NCBI GenBank assembly: GCA_964016885.1
Contig: OZ024742.1
Coordinates: forward strand, 11,160,001 to 11,224,000
Length of the DNA: 64,000 nt
Direction of reading: 5' to 3'
DNA from: Eledone cirrhosa
Lineage: Eukaryota
Below are positions 14,126 to 27,091 of the stretch, one piece after another (position 1 is the stretch's first letter; each line of letters opens with the position of its first letter). The position numbers were made by a program, and so were the translations under genes. Under the pieces are notes generated by a model, which ran no database searches, was not told the DNA's origin, and was given only the letters and a program-made list of their open reading frames with translations.

Positions 14126-14524
14126 CTTCTTATATTGTTTCCGAACATACACACCGTAGCCAACACAGGCATATATATAGATACACACATACACAAATAC
14201 ATATACATATACACATATACACACATATATATATACAGATACACAAATACATATACATATATACATGTTCACATATACATACATACACACTTGGATCAGA
14301 TGAACGTCATACACATTTGCTCATGCTGTGTCAACACACACACACACACACACACACATACATACATACACACATGGACACACTCGGCTGCTATTTCTAG
14401 TTGTCGATAATCCTATTCACGCCACTGGGATGACGCTGGTACGATGTGTGTATTTTTTTAAAGATGCAACACGTGCGACGGGTCATTCGCAGATTTGCAT
14501 TTGCTGTGTAAAAACAGATCGTTA

Positions 14525-14837
14525 AATCTTCTCCCTTGTTGAAAATCCGTGATTTGACTACTGTGATTTACCGATTAATGGTGAAATATATTTCTTTAAT
14601 GAAATATATAGAAGGAAGGTTAATCATTTTAAAAGGTATCTATATTTGAAGTTCTAGTTAAACTTTAATTAGTTACCTACCTAACTGTGCGTGCTTACAC
14701 ATTTTACAAATTATCCCCTGTGATTGTTTCATGTGTTTATTTTATATATATATGTCAATCAATTTCTAGTTGATATAAAATGTTCGGATCTATTATGGCG
14801 CATGTCTCGGACATGACGCCCCTAATTTAATTTTGGA
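14525..14837 (+). mobile_element. TA-associated repeat 3' end (PLE-like); rearranged copy at 28315-28482
   Basis: 14645-14775 is inverted at 28315-28445. Both copies end in tctcggacatgac.ccc.taatttaattttgga(TA)n. Confidence 0.55.
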
Positions 14838-14869
14838 TATATATATATATATATATATAGATATAGATA

Positions 14870-15632
14870 CCCTGCCTTTTGTCTTTGCACACGGCACCAG
14901 ACAGAATTATTTCTTCTATCATCCACTCTCATCTGGGAATGGTTTTGTATGGCGTCAGTTTGTGATTTGAACTCGGGAATTTTATATTCTCCGTGTGAGA
15001 AGAGCCTTCTAAAGATGGTTCCCTTCTCAATGGAAGTCCGCTTGGATTATCCGTTTATTCTGGAACTTGAAACCGCGGTAAAGGCACATATCGTAAGTAC
15101 AGCGAATGTTTTAAAATTTATTTTAAAACTTTTTCTCTATTTGCTAGACCTTGATTTTATATGTTCTGGCTTGTTAATTTATTAACCCGCCATAGAACCA
15201 CATTGGCATACGGTTGGATAATACTTGTATCTCTATATGTATTTTTTACACGTTGGAATTCATATTTTATTATTATTAATCTCCCCTAGAGATAAAACTT
15301 CGCCGTTTGGACTGCTGCTATTTCTAGTGGTAGGACATTGACCTGTCCACCCTGCCTTTTGTCTTTGCACACGGCACCAGACAGAATTATTTCTTCTATC
15401 ATCCACTCTCATCTGGGAATGGATTTATATGGCGTCGGTTTGTGATTTGAACTCGGGAATTTTATATTGTCCGAGTGAGAAGAGCCTTCTGAAGATGTTT
15501 CCCTTCTCAATGAAAGTTGTTTGGATTATCCGTTTATTATGGAACTTGAAACCGCGGTAAAGGCACATATAGTAAGTACAGCGAATTTTTTAAAATTTAT
15601 TTTAAAACTTTTTCTCTATTTGCTAGATCTTG

Positions 15633-15638
<6 letters not shown>
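14870..15638 (+). mobile_element. 480-bp unit plus ~290-bp partial tandem copy, between (TA)n
   Basis: 14870-15158 is repeated at 15350-15638. Confidence 0.7.
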
Positions 15639-15672
<34 letters not shown>

Positions 15673-15673
<1 letters not shown>

Positions 15674-15960
15674 TCTCTGAAGTCTGTCTCGAGCCAGGAG
15701 GTTCATCAGGCTAGCGCTTATCCTGATTTCCTCGGTGTGAAGTTACTGAGAGTACAAGATTCCCTCTTGGACAGGACGTCAGTCCCTCACAGGCCTAAAA
15801 TCTCAGTTATTGTTACTAGCACTCATTTTCAGCTGAGTGTACTGGGGCAACATGAAATAAAGTGTTTTGCTCAAGAACACAAAACACAACCCAGCCCAGG
15901 AATCGAACCCACGGCGTTATGATTATAAGTCCAACATTCTTACCACTAGGCCATGCACCT
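15673..15960 (-). mobile_element. tRNA-derived SINE, family 2
   Basis: B-box ggttcgattcc and A-box-like tggcctagtggtaag on the minus strand. Homologous to 8826-9060. Confidence 0.75.
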
Positions 15961-16020
15961 CCATATATATACGGTGGGGAGGTAGTTAAAATGATAAAAC
16001 AATTCTCTGGAATTATATAT

Positions 16021-16618
16021 GGTGACGGTGACCTCGGCTTAGAGGAGACGTGGTTAGAAGGTGAGGTGGTTTAAAGATATTTCAGAATATATCGCGATGG
16101 TGAGTTCGACTTAGAGACGTATTTAGAAGGTGAGATGGTTTAAAGATATTTCCGAATATATGGCGACGGTGAGTTCGACTTAGAGACGTGGTTAGATGGT
16201 GAGGTGGTTTAAAGATATTTCCGAATATATGGCGACGGTGAGTTCGACTTAGAGACGTGGTTAGATGGTGAGGTGGTTTAAAGATATTTCCGAATATATG
16301 GCGACGGTGAGTTCGACTTAGAGACGTGGTTAGATGGTGAGGTGGTTTAAAGATATTTCCGAATATATGGCGACGGTGAGTTCGACTTAGAGACGTGGTT
16401 AGATGGTGAGGTGGTTTAAAGATATTTCCGAATATATGGCGACGGTGAGTTCGACTTAGAGACGTGGTTAGATGGTGGGGTGGTTTAAAGATATTTCCGA
16501 ATATATGGCGACGGTGAGTTCGACTTAGAGACGTGGTTAGATGGTGAGGTGGTTTAAAGATATTTCCGAATATATGGCGACGGTGAGTTCGACTTAGAGA
16601 CGTGGTTAGATGGTGAGT
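16021..16618. repeat. 69-bp minisatellite, about 8.6 copies
   Basis: Unit ggcgacggtgagttcgacttagagacgtggttagatggtgaggtggtttaaagatatttccgaatatat; period 69 (16162, 16231, ...). Confidence 0.95.
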
Positions 16619-17005
16619 GCTGACTTATGTTTCGGCGATGAGATTACAGCCATCAACAACAACAATGAGAAGACGAACAGCAGTGGGCAACAGGAGAAGA
16701 AGAAGAAGAAGAAGAAGAAGAAGAAGAAGAAGAAGAAGAAGAAGAAGAAGAAGAAGAAATCAACAACAGCTAAATCAACAATTGCAACAACAACAATGGC
16801 AACCATGACGTCTATGGCACTAGAAATCGTTTGTATAAAATCTATTATTTCCGCTGTGTACCCATCCAGGCGCTTTATATGTATATACATATATATAACC
16901 CTTAACAGTTCAACAAGTGCAGAATTTCAACATCAGAAACTTGTAGACTTATAACAACAATATATTTATCACCTCCCTACCTACGCCTACACAGACCTGC
17001 ATGCA

Positions 17006-17050
<45 letters not shown>

Positions 17051-17055
<5 letters not shown>

Positions 17056-17402
17056 TTAAAACAATGAAATAAAAAAATCAAGTCATTAGAAATATACTTC
17101 ACTGCTTTACGATCGTTTCTAGGTGATGATAATACATCGTAACTATACTTCGTTATCGATCTATGTAACGGAGTATAGTTACGATGTATTATCTTCACCT
17201 AGAAACGATCGTAAAACAGTGAAGTATATTTCTAATGACTTGATTTTTTATTTCATTGTTTTAACTTATATCATGACTCTGTTTTCCTTTTAATGTTTTA
17301 TTGTTTTCCGGGATTTATTTTAACCTACAACATTTTCAACATATGGATTACATTGAATTCTTCATGCAGACTGGACCCCACAACTTACCGTTGATATCTC
17401 TG
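17051..17402 (+). mobile_element. Snap-back element of a second family: ~220-bp palindrome (17051-17270) plus tail, between (TA)n
   Basis: Near-perfect hairpin; each arm contains GAAAC-GATC-GTA (hammerhead 3' half). Confidence 0.7.
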
Positions 17403-17427
17403 TATATATATATATATATATATATAA

Positions 17428-17928
17428 ATACAAATAAATAATCGAAAATCGAAATCTCAGCCCACGAAATCACGAAACACAATCTTCGAAATGTGAGGCA
17501 GAGGGCTCAATAGTTTGGGTAAACCAGAGCTATCACTATCGTTAAAATACCAACACATAGAGAAAATGCTTAAAATCATTCGCACAGCCGAAAAAACGAC
17601 CAGGAACATTTGGGCCACACAAATAATAAATTAATAAATTAATAAATTAAATGAATGTAAAATCTTACCCGGACCCGCTAGAAAGATGTTAAAATCTAGC
17701 TTTATGGGTTTCTGCAGTTCCTTAATCAATTACCGTCGGCCCACATAAAAGTTATATCTGACTTCTGGTAAAGAGATGAACGAGGGAGCTGCTTTCTCAA
17801 CAGGCATTTCGTTCAGAAATATAGAGACACCCGACCCGTTACTAAACGCACATGGAGTCAACAAGGGAGGGAACCCTATAATAGGCGAATGAATTCAGTA
17901 AAGTGTATATTTTTGTAAAAATACAAAA
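17428..17928. mobile_element. Unclassified TA-flanked repeat, diverged relative of the 24109-24940 element
   Basis: Shares the blocks ggcagagggctcaata, actatcgttaaaatacc, acccggaccc.ctagaaag and acgcacatgga. Confidence 0.6.
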
Positions 17929-17930
17929 TA

Positions 17931-17964
<34 letters not shown>

Positions 17965-18337
17965 CATACATATATATATATATACATACATATATATATC
18001 ACAGTTGGGTGCGGATGCATTCATGTATATATATATGTGTGTGTCCGCATGTATCTGTGTGTTTCCAAATATATTAATAACTCCCTCTGGTCGAGCAATC
18101 TTTGAAGTGTGGGGACAACTGGAAAGCTTCCATTACTCATACTTCTCGCCTTCTTCACTACCTCTTCTACGGCCTCGATATGAATACCCCCTCCGCCTCC
18201 GTGGTATTTTCTTCGTGGTTATAGGAGGCTTAGCTCTGTTTCTCGACCGTTATATCGCGTGACTATCTCCCCCTCCGCCTTTTGGGATTCTTTCTCACGT
18301 CGTGTAGACGCGTTCTTGAGACTAGTAAAATGAGGTA

Positions 18338-18425
18338 TCCTCTTGATAAGTCGGCAGACCTGGCAAGGACTCTATATCTTTGATATATTGTTTTTGTTTA
18401 TGCCACGAAACTACGTAGTCGAGGA
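18338..18425 (+). ncRNA. Type-I hammerhead ribozyme, U3-A8 core variant
   Basis: tcctc-UUGAUAA-gt(c)ggca...tgccac-GAAA-ctacgtag-UC-gagga; stem III is the palindrome actacgtagt. Confidence 0.75.
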
Positions 18426-18494
18426 ATTTAGGAACAGTTTAGGTATGATACATTTTATTACTAATTATATCTAAATGTTTCTTCTCTCTTCATA

Positions 18495-18556
<62 letters not shown>

Positions 18557-18638
18557 GTTATTCCGGGTTGAATCGGAGGTAACCACAGTAAGTAAGGTAC
18601 TCAATACATAGCAGAGTATAAAAGTTTTAATATAGATG

Positions 18639-18689
18639 AGATTCTACAGGACTAGAACTGTTTCATTCATTAGAAATCATCAGGAATCT
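18639..18689 (-). ncRNA. Type-I hammerhead ribozyme in PLE terminal repeat
   Basis: agattc-CUGAUGA-tttc taat gaat-GAAA-cag...ctg-UA-gaatct. Confidence 0.8.
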
Positions 18690-19291
18690 GGGTATCAAAA
18701 AATAAAAAATAAAAATGGTATTTATAGGTCTCTACAAGTGGTAGGAGAGGGTGGGGAGTGGGATGGGTGCAGGTCATTGGTTGATAGAAAAGGGAATTCA
18801 TTAAAAGCTAATTCTACAAAGCTATAGTTTATTTTTATTTATTTATGTTTTTAGAGTAACAAGGGCAGACAGAATTCTATAAACAGGTTCCGGATGGCAT
18901 ACCATTCCTTGTCATTAAGTTTCTCTTAAGCTAACAGATGTCTATAAAATCAGTGGGGGGTCAGTCATGGTCGATAGAATTAAAGAAAAGGGAGATTCTT
19001 TAAAAGCTAAAATCATTAAGGTTCTACTAAGTGACAAAGGTCTAGAGAATTCTGTAGACAGATTCAAAATACTGAGTGCATATCTTACAATTATCTTCGA
19101 ACTTCTCTTAAACTAATCAACTATATGCCAAAAATCAACAGACACATTCACAAAAAAACAAAAAAACAAAAAAACATACTCACTCACACACTTACGCGCA
19201 ACCATAAACACACACACAAACACATATACACACATAAAAACACACACACATATATAAAAAAATATATTCATATACATACATATACATACAC

Positions 19292-19362
<71 letters not shown>

Positions 19363-19527
19363 TATATATATACACACACACATACACATATATACACACA
19401 CACACACATATATACACATATAAATACACTCACACACATACATACAAACAAACACAAATATACATGTGTATACACATACACACAAATACATATAGACATA
19501 TATACATACATATACACAGATATATAT

Positions 19528-19572
<45 letters not shown>

Positions 19573-19619
19573 CACACATACATACATACACATATATATA
19601 AACACACATACGTATACAA

Positions 19620-19650
<31 letters not shown>

Positions 19651-19814
19651 CATATATACATACACACACACATATATATATATAAAAAAAACACATACAC
19701 ACACATATATACATATACACACACATACACACAAACACACACACACATATATATACATATACATATATATATATATACATTCATATATATAACCATATAC
19801 ATATATACATATAT

Positions 19815-19851
<37 letters not shown>

Positions 19852-19892
19852 AACAAATATATACACATACAAACACACACACACACATACAT

Positions 19893-19957
<65 letters not shown>

Positions 19958-20152
19958 TATACACATATATAAGGAAAAAGCACCATACATACATATATAT
20001 ATATATACATATATATATACACTCACGCATACACACATACACACATACACACACAAATATATATACACACTCTCTCTCACGCACATATATATATATATAT
20101 ATATATACATATATATACATATATACATATATACATATATACATATACACAC

Positions 20153-20223
<71 letters not shown>

Positions 20224-20314
20224 TATACATATATATATATATACATACAAATACACACACACATATATATACACACACACACACACACACATACACACAT
20301 ACACACATACACAC

Positions 20315-20369
<55 letters not shown>

Positions 20370-20810
20370 CACATACATATACATACACATATATACATAA
20401 ACATACATACATACATACACATACATACATACATACATACATACATACATACATACATACATACATACACATATATACACATATATATATATACACACAT
20501 ATACACATATATACATACATATACATACATAAATATACACACATAAAACACATATACACACAAACATATATATATATATATATACACATACACATACATA
20601 TACACACATACAAACAAATATATACACATACAAATAAATAGGTACTCAATAAATATACGCATATACGCAGGCACATAAAGACACCTCTACAGGCTGAAAA
20701 TGTAGATACGAAAGAGGTACTCACATAACCGTAGTGGCCGTATTTCAGGTTGAGGAGGGGTGGGGGTAGGGTGGGGAGGAGGTATAGGGGCCAATAGGGG
20801 GAGGTCGTTT

Positions 20811-22838
20811 TTAGCCATCGGGCTTTAACACTGGCTTAAAGTGTTTGAAAGTTGCAAAGTTCTTGTGCATGCAGTTCGGGCAGTGTTCAGAGAGCTTGTT
20901 CAGTAGCGGGCCCTTGGCGAATAAAATTTCGTAGCTCTCTGAAATACAAAGGTCGCAGCCCTTGTGTCCTCCGTTGTAAGAGCGCGCTTTCTGGAGTATT
21001 TTCCATTTAAGCGTGAAGGGGGTGGAGTTCCTTTTGAGGTCCCAAACGTAGGAGGCGAGTGTTGTCTGATTTGATTTATCCGGTCTTCTGAAGGAGTGGG
21101 TATGGGCATACCAACGGGTCTTAAAGTTGTTGGAGGTCATGCCGATGTAAGTTTTTTTGCAATCCTCGGTGCCTGAGATGACATCGCATTTGTATACGAT
21201 GTCATTTGTGAGGCATTTGTTTTCAAGTGGGCATGCTTCCTTAATTAGGCAATTACATAGAGCCCCAGTCCGGGGATTGGTTTCGGAGGTGGTTGGCTTA
21301 TTTAATTTAGAATTGTGGTTGGCTATATTCCTAGCTAGGTTAGGTGTGGTGGAGTAAGACAGTCTTATAGTGTTCTTATTAAAGATGGTGTAGTACCTAT
21401 GTTGTATGGGGAAGTGTAATTTCAGTAAAGTGAAGAAAATCCTAGCTATCGGAGTAGATACCTCTCTATTGAAGGGAGGGTTGTACCAGCTAATCTGCCT
21501 ATGTCTATTCCTCCTCTGCAATCTTGCGGTGGTTTCTAGGTAAGTTATCTTATCTTTAAATCCGCTACGGGCGAGGGCGTCATTGTAGTAGGAGGCAGAT
21601 GCATTAAAAATATCTTTGTTGGCGGAGAGGCCAGATATTCTAATAGAGACGCTTTTTACTAGGTTATCAGTGATGTTTTGGGGGTGGTTTGAATTAACAT
21701 TAATATATTTAAGGGACTCGTTAGGTTTGTGGTACGGGTAATAGAGGGAAGTATCTAGGTCGAGAGTGACATCTAAGAAGTTGGCCCTAGTCAAATTAGA
21801 ATCTATAGTTATACTAAATCCTAGATTAGAGAAGAAAGAGCTTAAGTTTTTCCGAAACCCATCGGTGGTTCTGGGGTTAACCTTATGCAGAGCGAAGAGG
21901 CCGTCGTCTCGGTATAAACCTCCCGTTAGGCCGGTAAAGAGGTTCTTCAGGTTATGTAGGATGTACAGGCCCACAAGGTCGCTAATTTCAGCCGAGTCAC
22001 TCGCCCCCATGCTAACATCAAATGGGGTCTGAGATTTCTTGTTGATCCAGTAAGATCCATCGTGGTATAGAAAGGTCTTACGAGCGTGGAGGATAACAAC
22101 TTGCTCAGCATCGGTAATGGTGGTAAAATTCCTGGCAAAGTTAATTGCGTCCTTCAGGAGGGGCTCCGAGATAGAGGCATAGTAGTTTTCTATGTCGAGT
22201 TGCAGGAAGCGAGTGTGGTGTTTATCGGGTAATTCTTGGAACCATGATATTGCCTCAGATGTTCTACTCCAGAGTGGAAGTGGTGAGGCTGCCCGCAATG
22301 ATGGTAGAACTCTATCCAGGATCTTCTTACTGATAGAGCCGATGTCAGAACGAGTGGGGTTGATAAGTCTGACTGATGGTTTGTTGAGGAAATTTCCCTT
22401 ATGGTCCTTCAGGGTAAAGTGCGGGGTCTTTACCCTTAAAGGTTCGGTTCGGTCATGTAATTTAAGGGACTTGGCGATTTATTTTCCGGCCGCGTTTGTC
22501 TCAGTCAGTGCCCTCTCTATTACCTTTTTGTAGGTGGTCGTGATGGTATTTTTTGCCAACTTATTGTAGGTCTGTGGGTCTACCTCATAAACGTTTTTGG
22601 TTTTATCGGAGGAGACATAAAGATTAGGGGATTTTTTTATATTCCGTAATTCGGCATTTAAGTACGCCTGGAATGGTGTGGTGGCTCTACGGAATTTAAT
22701 ATCCTTGATCATCTTGAAGAGGTCTTCTTCAAATGGTTGGAGTAGGCTGTTGGTGGGTGGTGTCTTATTCGTTTTGAAGCCGAACTTCTCATCATTGGTA
22801 GATGCTACATCAGGGTTGTCGAGGAAGAAGGCCCTCCA
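20811..22838 (-). CDS. PLE polyprotein: reverse transcriptase plus C-terminal GIY-YIG endonuclease; 5'-truncated, one in-frame TAA at 22479-22481
   Basis: RT motifs [37 protein letters not shown]. Endonuclease motifs CNC..CPL..C, IVY...YIG, R..H, CDLC..E, LLN. The frame is continuous from WRAFFL (22838) apart from the single TAA. Confidence 0.9.
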
Positions 22839-23423
22839 TACTACACCATCTTTAATAAGAACACTATAAGACTGTCTTACTCCACCACACCTAACCTAGC
22901 TAGGAATATAGCCAACCACAATTCTAAATTAAATAAGCCAACCACCTCCGAAACCAATCCCCGGACTGGGGCTCTATGTAATTGCCTAATTAAGGAAGCA
23001 TGCCCACTTGAAAACAAATGCCTCACAAATGACATCGTATACAAATGCGATGTCATCTCAGGCACCGAGGATTGCAAAAAAACTTACATCGGCATGACCT
23101 CCAACAACTTTAAGACCCGTTGGTATGCCCATACCCACTCCTTCAGAAGACCGGATAAATCAAATCAGACAACACTCGCCTCCTACGTTTGGGACCTCAA
23201 AAGGAACTCCACCCCCTTCACGCTTAAATGGAAAATACTCCAGAAAGCGCGCTCTTACAACGGAGGACACAAGGGCTGCGACCTTTGTATTTCAGAGAGC
23301 TACGAAATTTTATTCGCCAAGGGCCCGCTACTGAACAAGCTCTCTGAACACTGCCCGAACTGCATGCACAAGAACTTTGCAACTTTCAAACACTTTAAGC
23401 CAGTGTTAAAGCCCGATGGCTAA
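22839..23423 (+). pseudogene. Inverted duplicate of the linker and GIY-YIG domain
   Basis: Identical peptide ([10 protein letters not shown]...VLKPDG) to the end of the minus-strand ORF. Confidence 0.9.
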
Positions 23424-23828
23424 AAACGACCTCCCCCTATTGGCCCCTATACCTCCTCCCCACCCTACCCCCACCCCTCCTCAACCTGAAATACGGCCAC
23501 TATGGTTATGTGAGTACCTCTTTCGTATCTACATTTTCAGCCTGTAGAGGTGTCTTTATGTGCCTGCGTATATGCGTATATTTATTGAGTACCTATTTAT
23601 TTGTATGTGTATATATTTGTTTGTATGTGTGTATATGTATGTGTATGTGTATATATATATATATGTTTGTGTATATATGTGTTTTATGTGTGTATATTTA
23701 TGTATGTATATGTATGTATATATGTGTATATGTGTGTATATATATATATGTGTATATATGTGTATGTATGTATGTATGTATGTGTATGTATGTATGTTTA
23801 TGTATATATGTGTATGTATATGTATGTG

Positions 23829-23895
<67 letters not shown>

Positions 23896-23912
23896 ATGTG
23901 TGTATGTGTGTA

Positions 23913-23963
<51 letters not shown>

Positions 23964-24032
23964 GTGTGGGCAGGTGTGTGTATATATATATGTGTGTGTG
24001 TATTTGTATGTATATATATATATATGTATATA

Positions 24033-24108
<76 letters not shown>

Positions 24109-24114
<6 letters not shown>

Positions 24115-24935
24115 TGATCGAGTATCGAAAAATCGGCGCACGAGTTCACGATAAACAAAATTCGAAATGAGCGGCAGAGGGCTCAATAATTCAGATGAAT
24201 CAGAGCTATAACTATCGTTAAAATACCGTCACACATAGACCAAGTCTAAAATCAACCATACGATAAAAAATCGATAATAGAAGATTCGGGACAATCAGAT
24301 AAAAAATATCAATAAATCAATACATCAATAATTTAAATGAATGTAAAATCATACCCGGACCCACTAGAAAGGTGTTAAGTCTAGCTTCTTGGGTTACTGT
24401 AAATCCTTAGACTGTACTCTATCAGCTCACATATAAATATATAAGACTTCTAGAGCAAGCGGACTGGAAGTTTACTTCTTCAACGAGCTTCGTCCTAGCG
24501 GATAAGAGGCTAACTACAAGCAAAATACGCACATGGAATCCGGCAAGGGAGATAACCTCTACATCCGCGAAAACTATTCGAGGAAATATGGAAATACACA
24601 TATCGAATAAAAGTGCTCAATAGACATGTTAAAATAAAACAGGAGCTATTCATCACTCAATAGAATCGACAAAAAATGAGCAATAAAATTAACTGGTGGA
24701 TAGCTATGTCCAGAGCTAAAAATATTAGAATGATCGAGTATCGAAAAATCGGCGCACGAGTTCACGATAAACAAAATTCGAAATGAGCGGCAGAGGGCTC
24801 AATAATTCAGATGAATCAGAGCTATAACTATCGTTAAAATACCGTCACACATAGAACAAGTCTAAAATCAACCATACGATAAAAAATCGATAATAGAAGA
24901 TTCGGGACAATCAGATAAAAAATATCAATAAATCA

Positions 24936-24940
<5 letters not shown>
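24109..24940. mobile_element. Nested insertion: 616-bp unit with ~215-bp direct terminal repeat
   Basis: 24111-24324 recurs at 24727-24940. Flanked by (TA)n and absent from the left arm of the host PLE. Confidence 0.75.
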
Positions 24941-25023
<83 letters not shown>

Positions 25024-25062
25024 GTGTATATGTATATATATGTATATATGTATATATGTATA

Positions 25063-25100
<38 letters not shown>

Positions 25101-25174
25101 CGTGAGAGAGAGTGTGTATATATATTTGTGTGTGTGTGTGTGTATGTATGTATGCGTGTGTGTATATATATATG

Positions 25175-25205
<31 letters not shown>

Positions 25206-25292
25206 GTGTGTATATATGCGTTATATGTCTGTATATATATGTGTATATTTATGTATAGGTCTGTGTATGTATGTGTATGTTTGTATATATAT

Positions 25293-25333
<41 letters not shown>

Positions 25334-25429
25334 TATTTATACATATGCATGTGTGTGTGTGTGTGTGTGTATATATATGTGTATATATGTGTGTGCGTGT
25401 ATATATATGTGTGTGTATATGTATGTATA

Positions 25430-25837
25430 TCTCTTACTGTTCCCCCATTCTCTCTGTTTCTCCCCCTCTGTCTTGTCCGTTAACTCTTCCTCACACTTTC
25501 ACTCACTCACTGTTTTTCTCCCTCTTCTCTTCATTTCATCCTGCACTCACGGACGCTATTTTTTCTCTCTCTGCTCAATGGCCTTCGTTCGTGCTGGACT
25601 ATTCTTTCCCTAGCGCTCATATATTCACCTAGCTTACGCTAACAGAATAATTTTTGAAGCTTGTTTCTCTCCCACGGTATGCTATCATTTCTGTTGTTCT
25701 CCTGTCTCACTCGCTTTACGCGTTTTAATTGTCCTAATAACTTATTTTGGTTATTATTGCACCGAAGTGAGATATATGATTTTTAATGCAATGAAATATC
25801 TATGATCTTCGGCAAATCACTGATGAGGGACGTATTT

Positions 25838-25840
<3 letters not shown>
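25430..25840 (+). mobile_element. Nested PLE-like 3' fragment ending in the 5' half of a hammerhead
   Basis: Absent from the left arm. Pyrimidine-rich, ends ...aaatcaCTGATGAgggacgt and then (TA)n. Confidence 0.45.
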
Positions 25841-25879
<39 letters not shown>

Positions 25880-25927
25880 GTGTGTGTGTATGTGTATATA
25901 TGTGTGTGTATACGTGTATGTATAATA

Positions 25928-25978
<51 letters not shown>

Positions 25979-26073
25979 GTATATATATATATATGTATAT
26001 ACATACGTGTATATATGTGTATATATATGTTTATATATATGTATGTGTATATGTATGTTTGTATGTGTGTTTG

Positions 26074-26116
<43 letters not shown>

Positions 26117-26169
26117 GTGTGTGTGTATGTATGTATATGTGTGTATATTTTTATATATATGTATGTATT

Positions 26170-26212
<43 letters not shown>

Positions 26213-26227
26213 GTATATATATGTGTA

Positions 26228-26262
<35 letters not shown>

Positions 26263-26264
26263 GG

Positions 26265-26318
<54 letters not shown>

Positions 26319-26383
26319 GTATGTGTGTATATATATATATATATATATGTATGTATGGTGCTTTTTCCTTATATATGTGTATA

Positions 26384-26458
<75 letters not shown>

Positions 26459-26501
26459 ATGTATGTGTGTGTGTGTGTGTTTGTATGTGTATATATTTGT
26501 T

Positions 26502-26549
<48 letters not shown>

Positions 26550-26781
26550 TGTATATATGTATATATGTATATGGTTATATATATGAATGTATATATATAT
26601 ATGTATATGTATATATATGTGTGTGTGTGTTTGTGTGTATGTGTGTGTATTTGTATATATGTGTGTGTATGTGTTTTTTTTATATATATATATATATGTG
26701 TGTGTATGTATATATGTATATATATGTATATATATATATATATATATTTGTATACGTATGTGTGTGTATATATATGTGTAT

Positions 26782-26843
<62 letters not shown>

Positions 26844-27032
26844 ATATATATCTGTGTATATGTATGTATATATGTCTATATGTATTTGTGTGTATGTGTA
26901 TACACATGTGTATTTGTGTGTATGTGTATACACATGTATATTTGTGTTTGTATGTATGTGTGTGAGTGTATTTATATGTGTATATATGTGTGTGTGTGTG
27001 TATATATGTGTATGTGTGTGTGTATATATATA

Positions 27033-27091
<59 letters not shown>

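Noticed and set aside
12222-14400. 592-620 aa Thr-rich and Val-rich ORFs (mucin-like)
   Set aside because: They are translations of an (ACC)n satellite. Adjacent 50-bp units break the frame, and the ORF runs on into a (CA/TA) microsatellite.
16021-16618. CRISPR-like regular array (also 5881-6726 and 63040-64000)
   Set aside because: The units are contiguous tandem repeats without unique spacers, there are no cas genes, and the context is eukaryotic.
22479-22481. Possible selenocysteine read-through in the Naiad-like ORF
   Set aside because: The in-frame stop is TAA, not TGA, and the ORF has no in-frame UGA.
24170-24410. Twister-like GCAGAGGG motif
   Set aside because: The other conserved twister segments could not be found.
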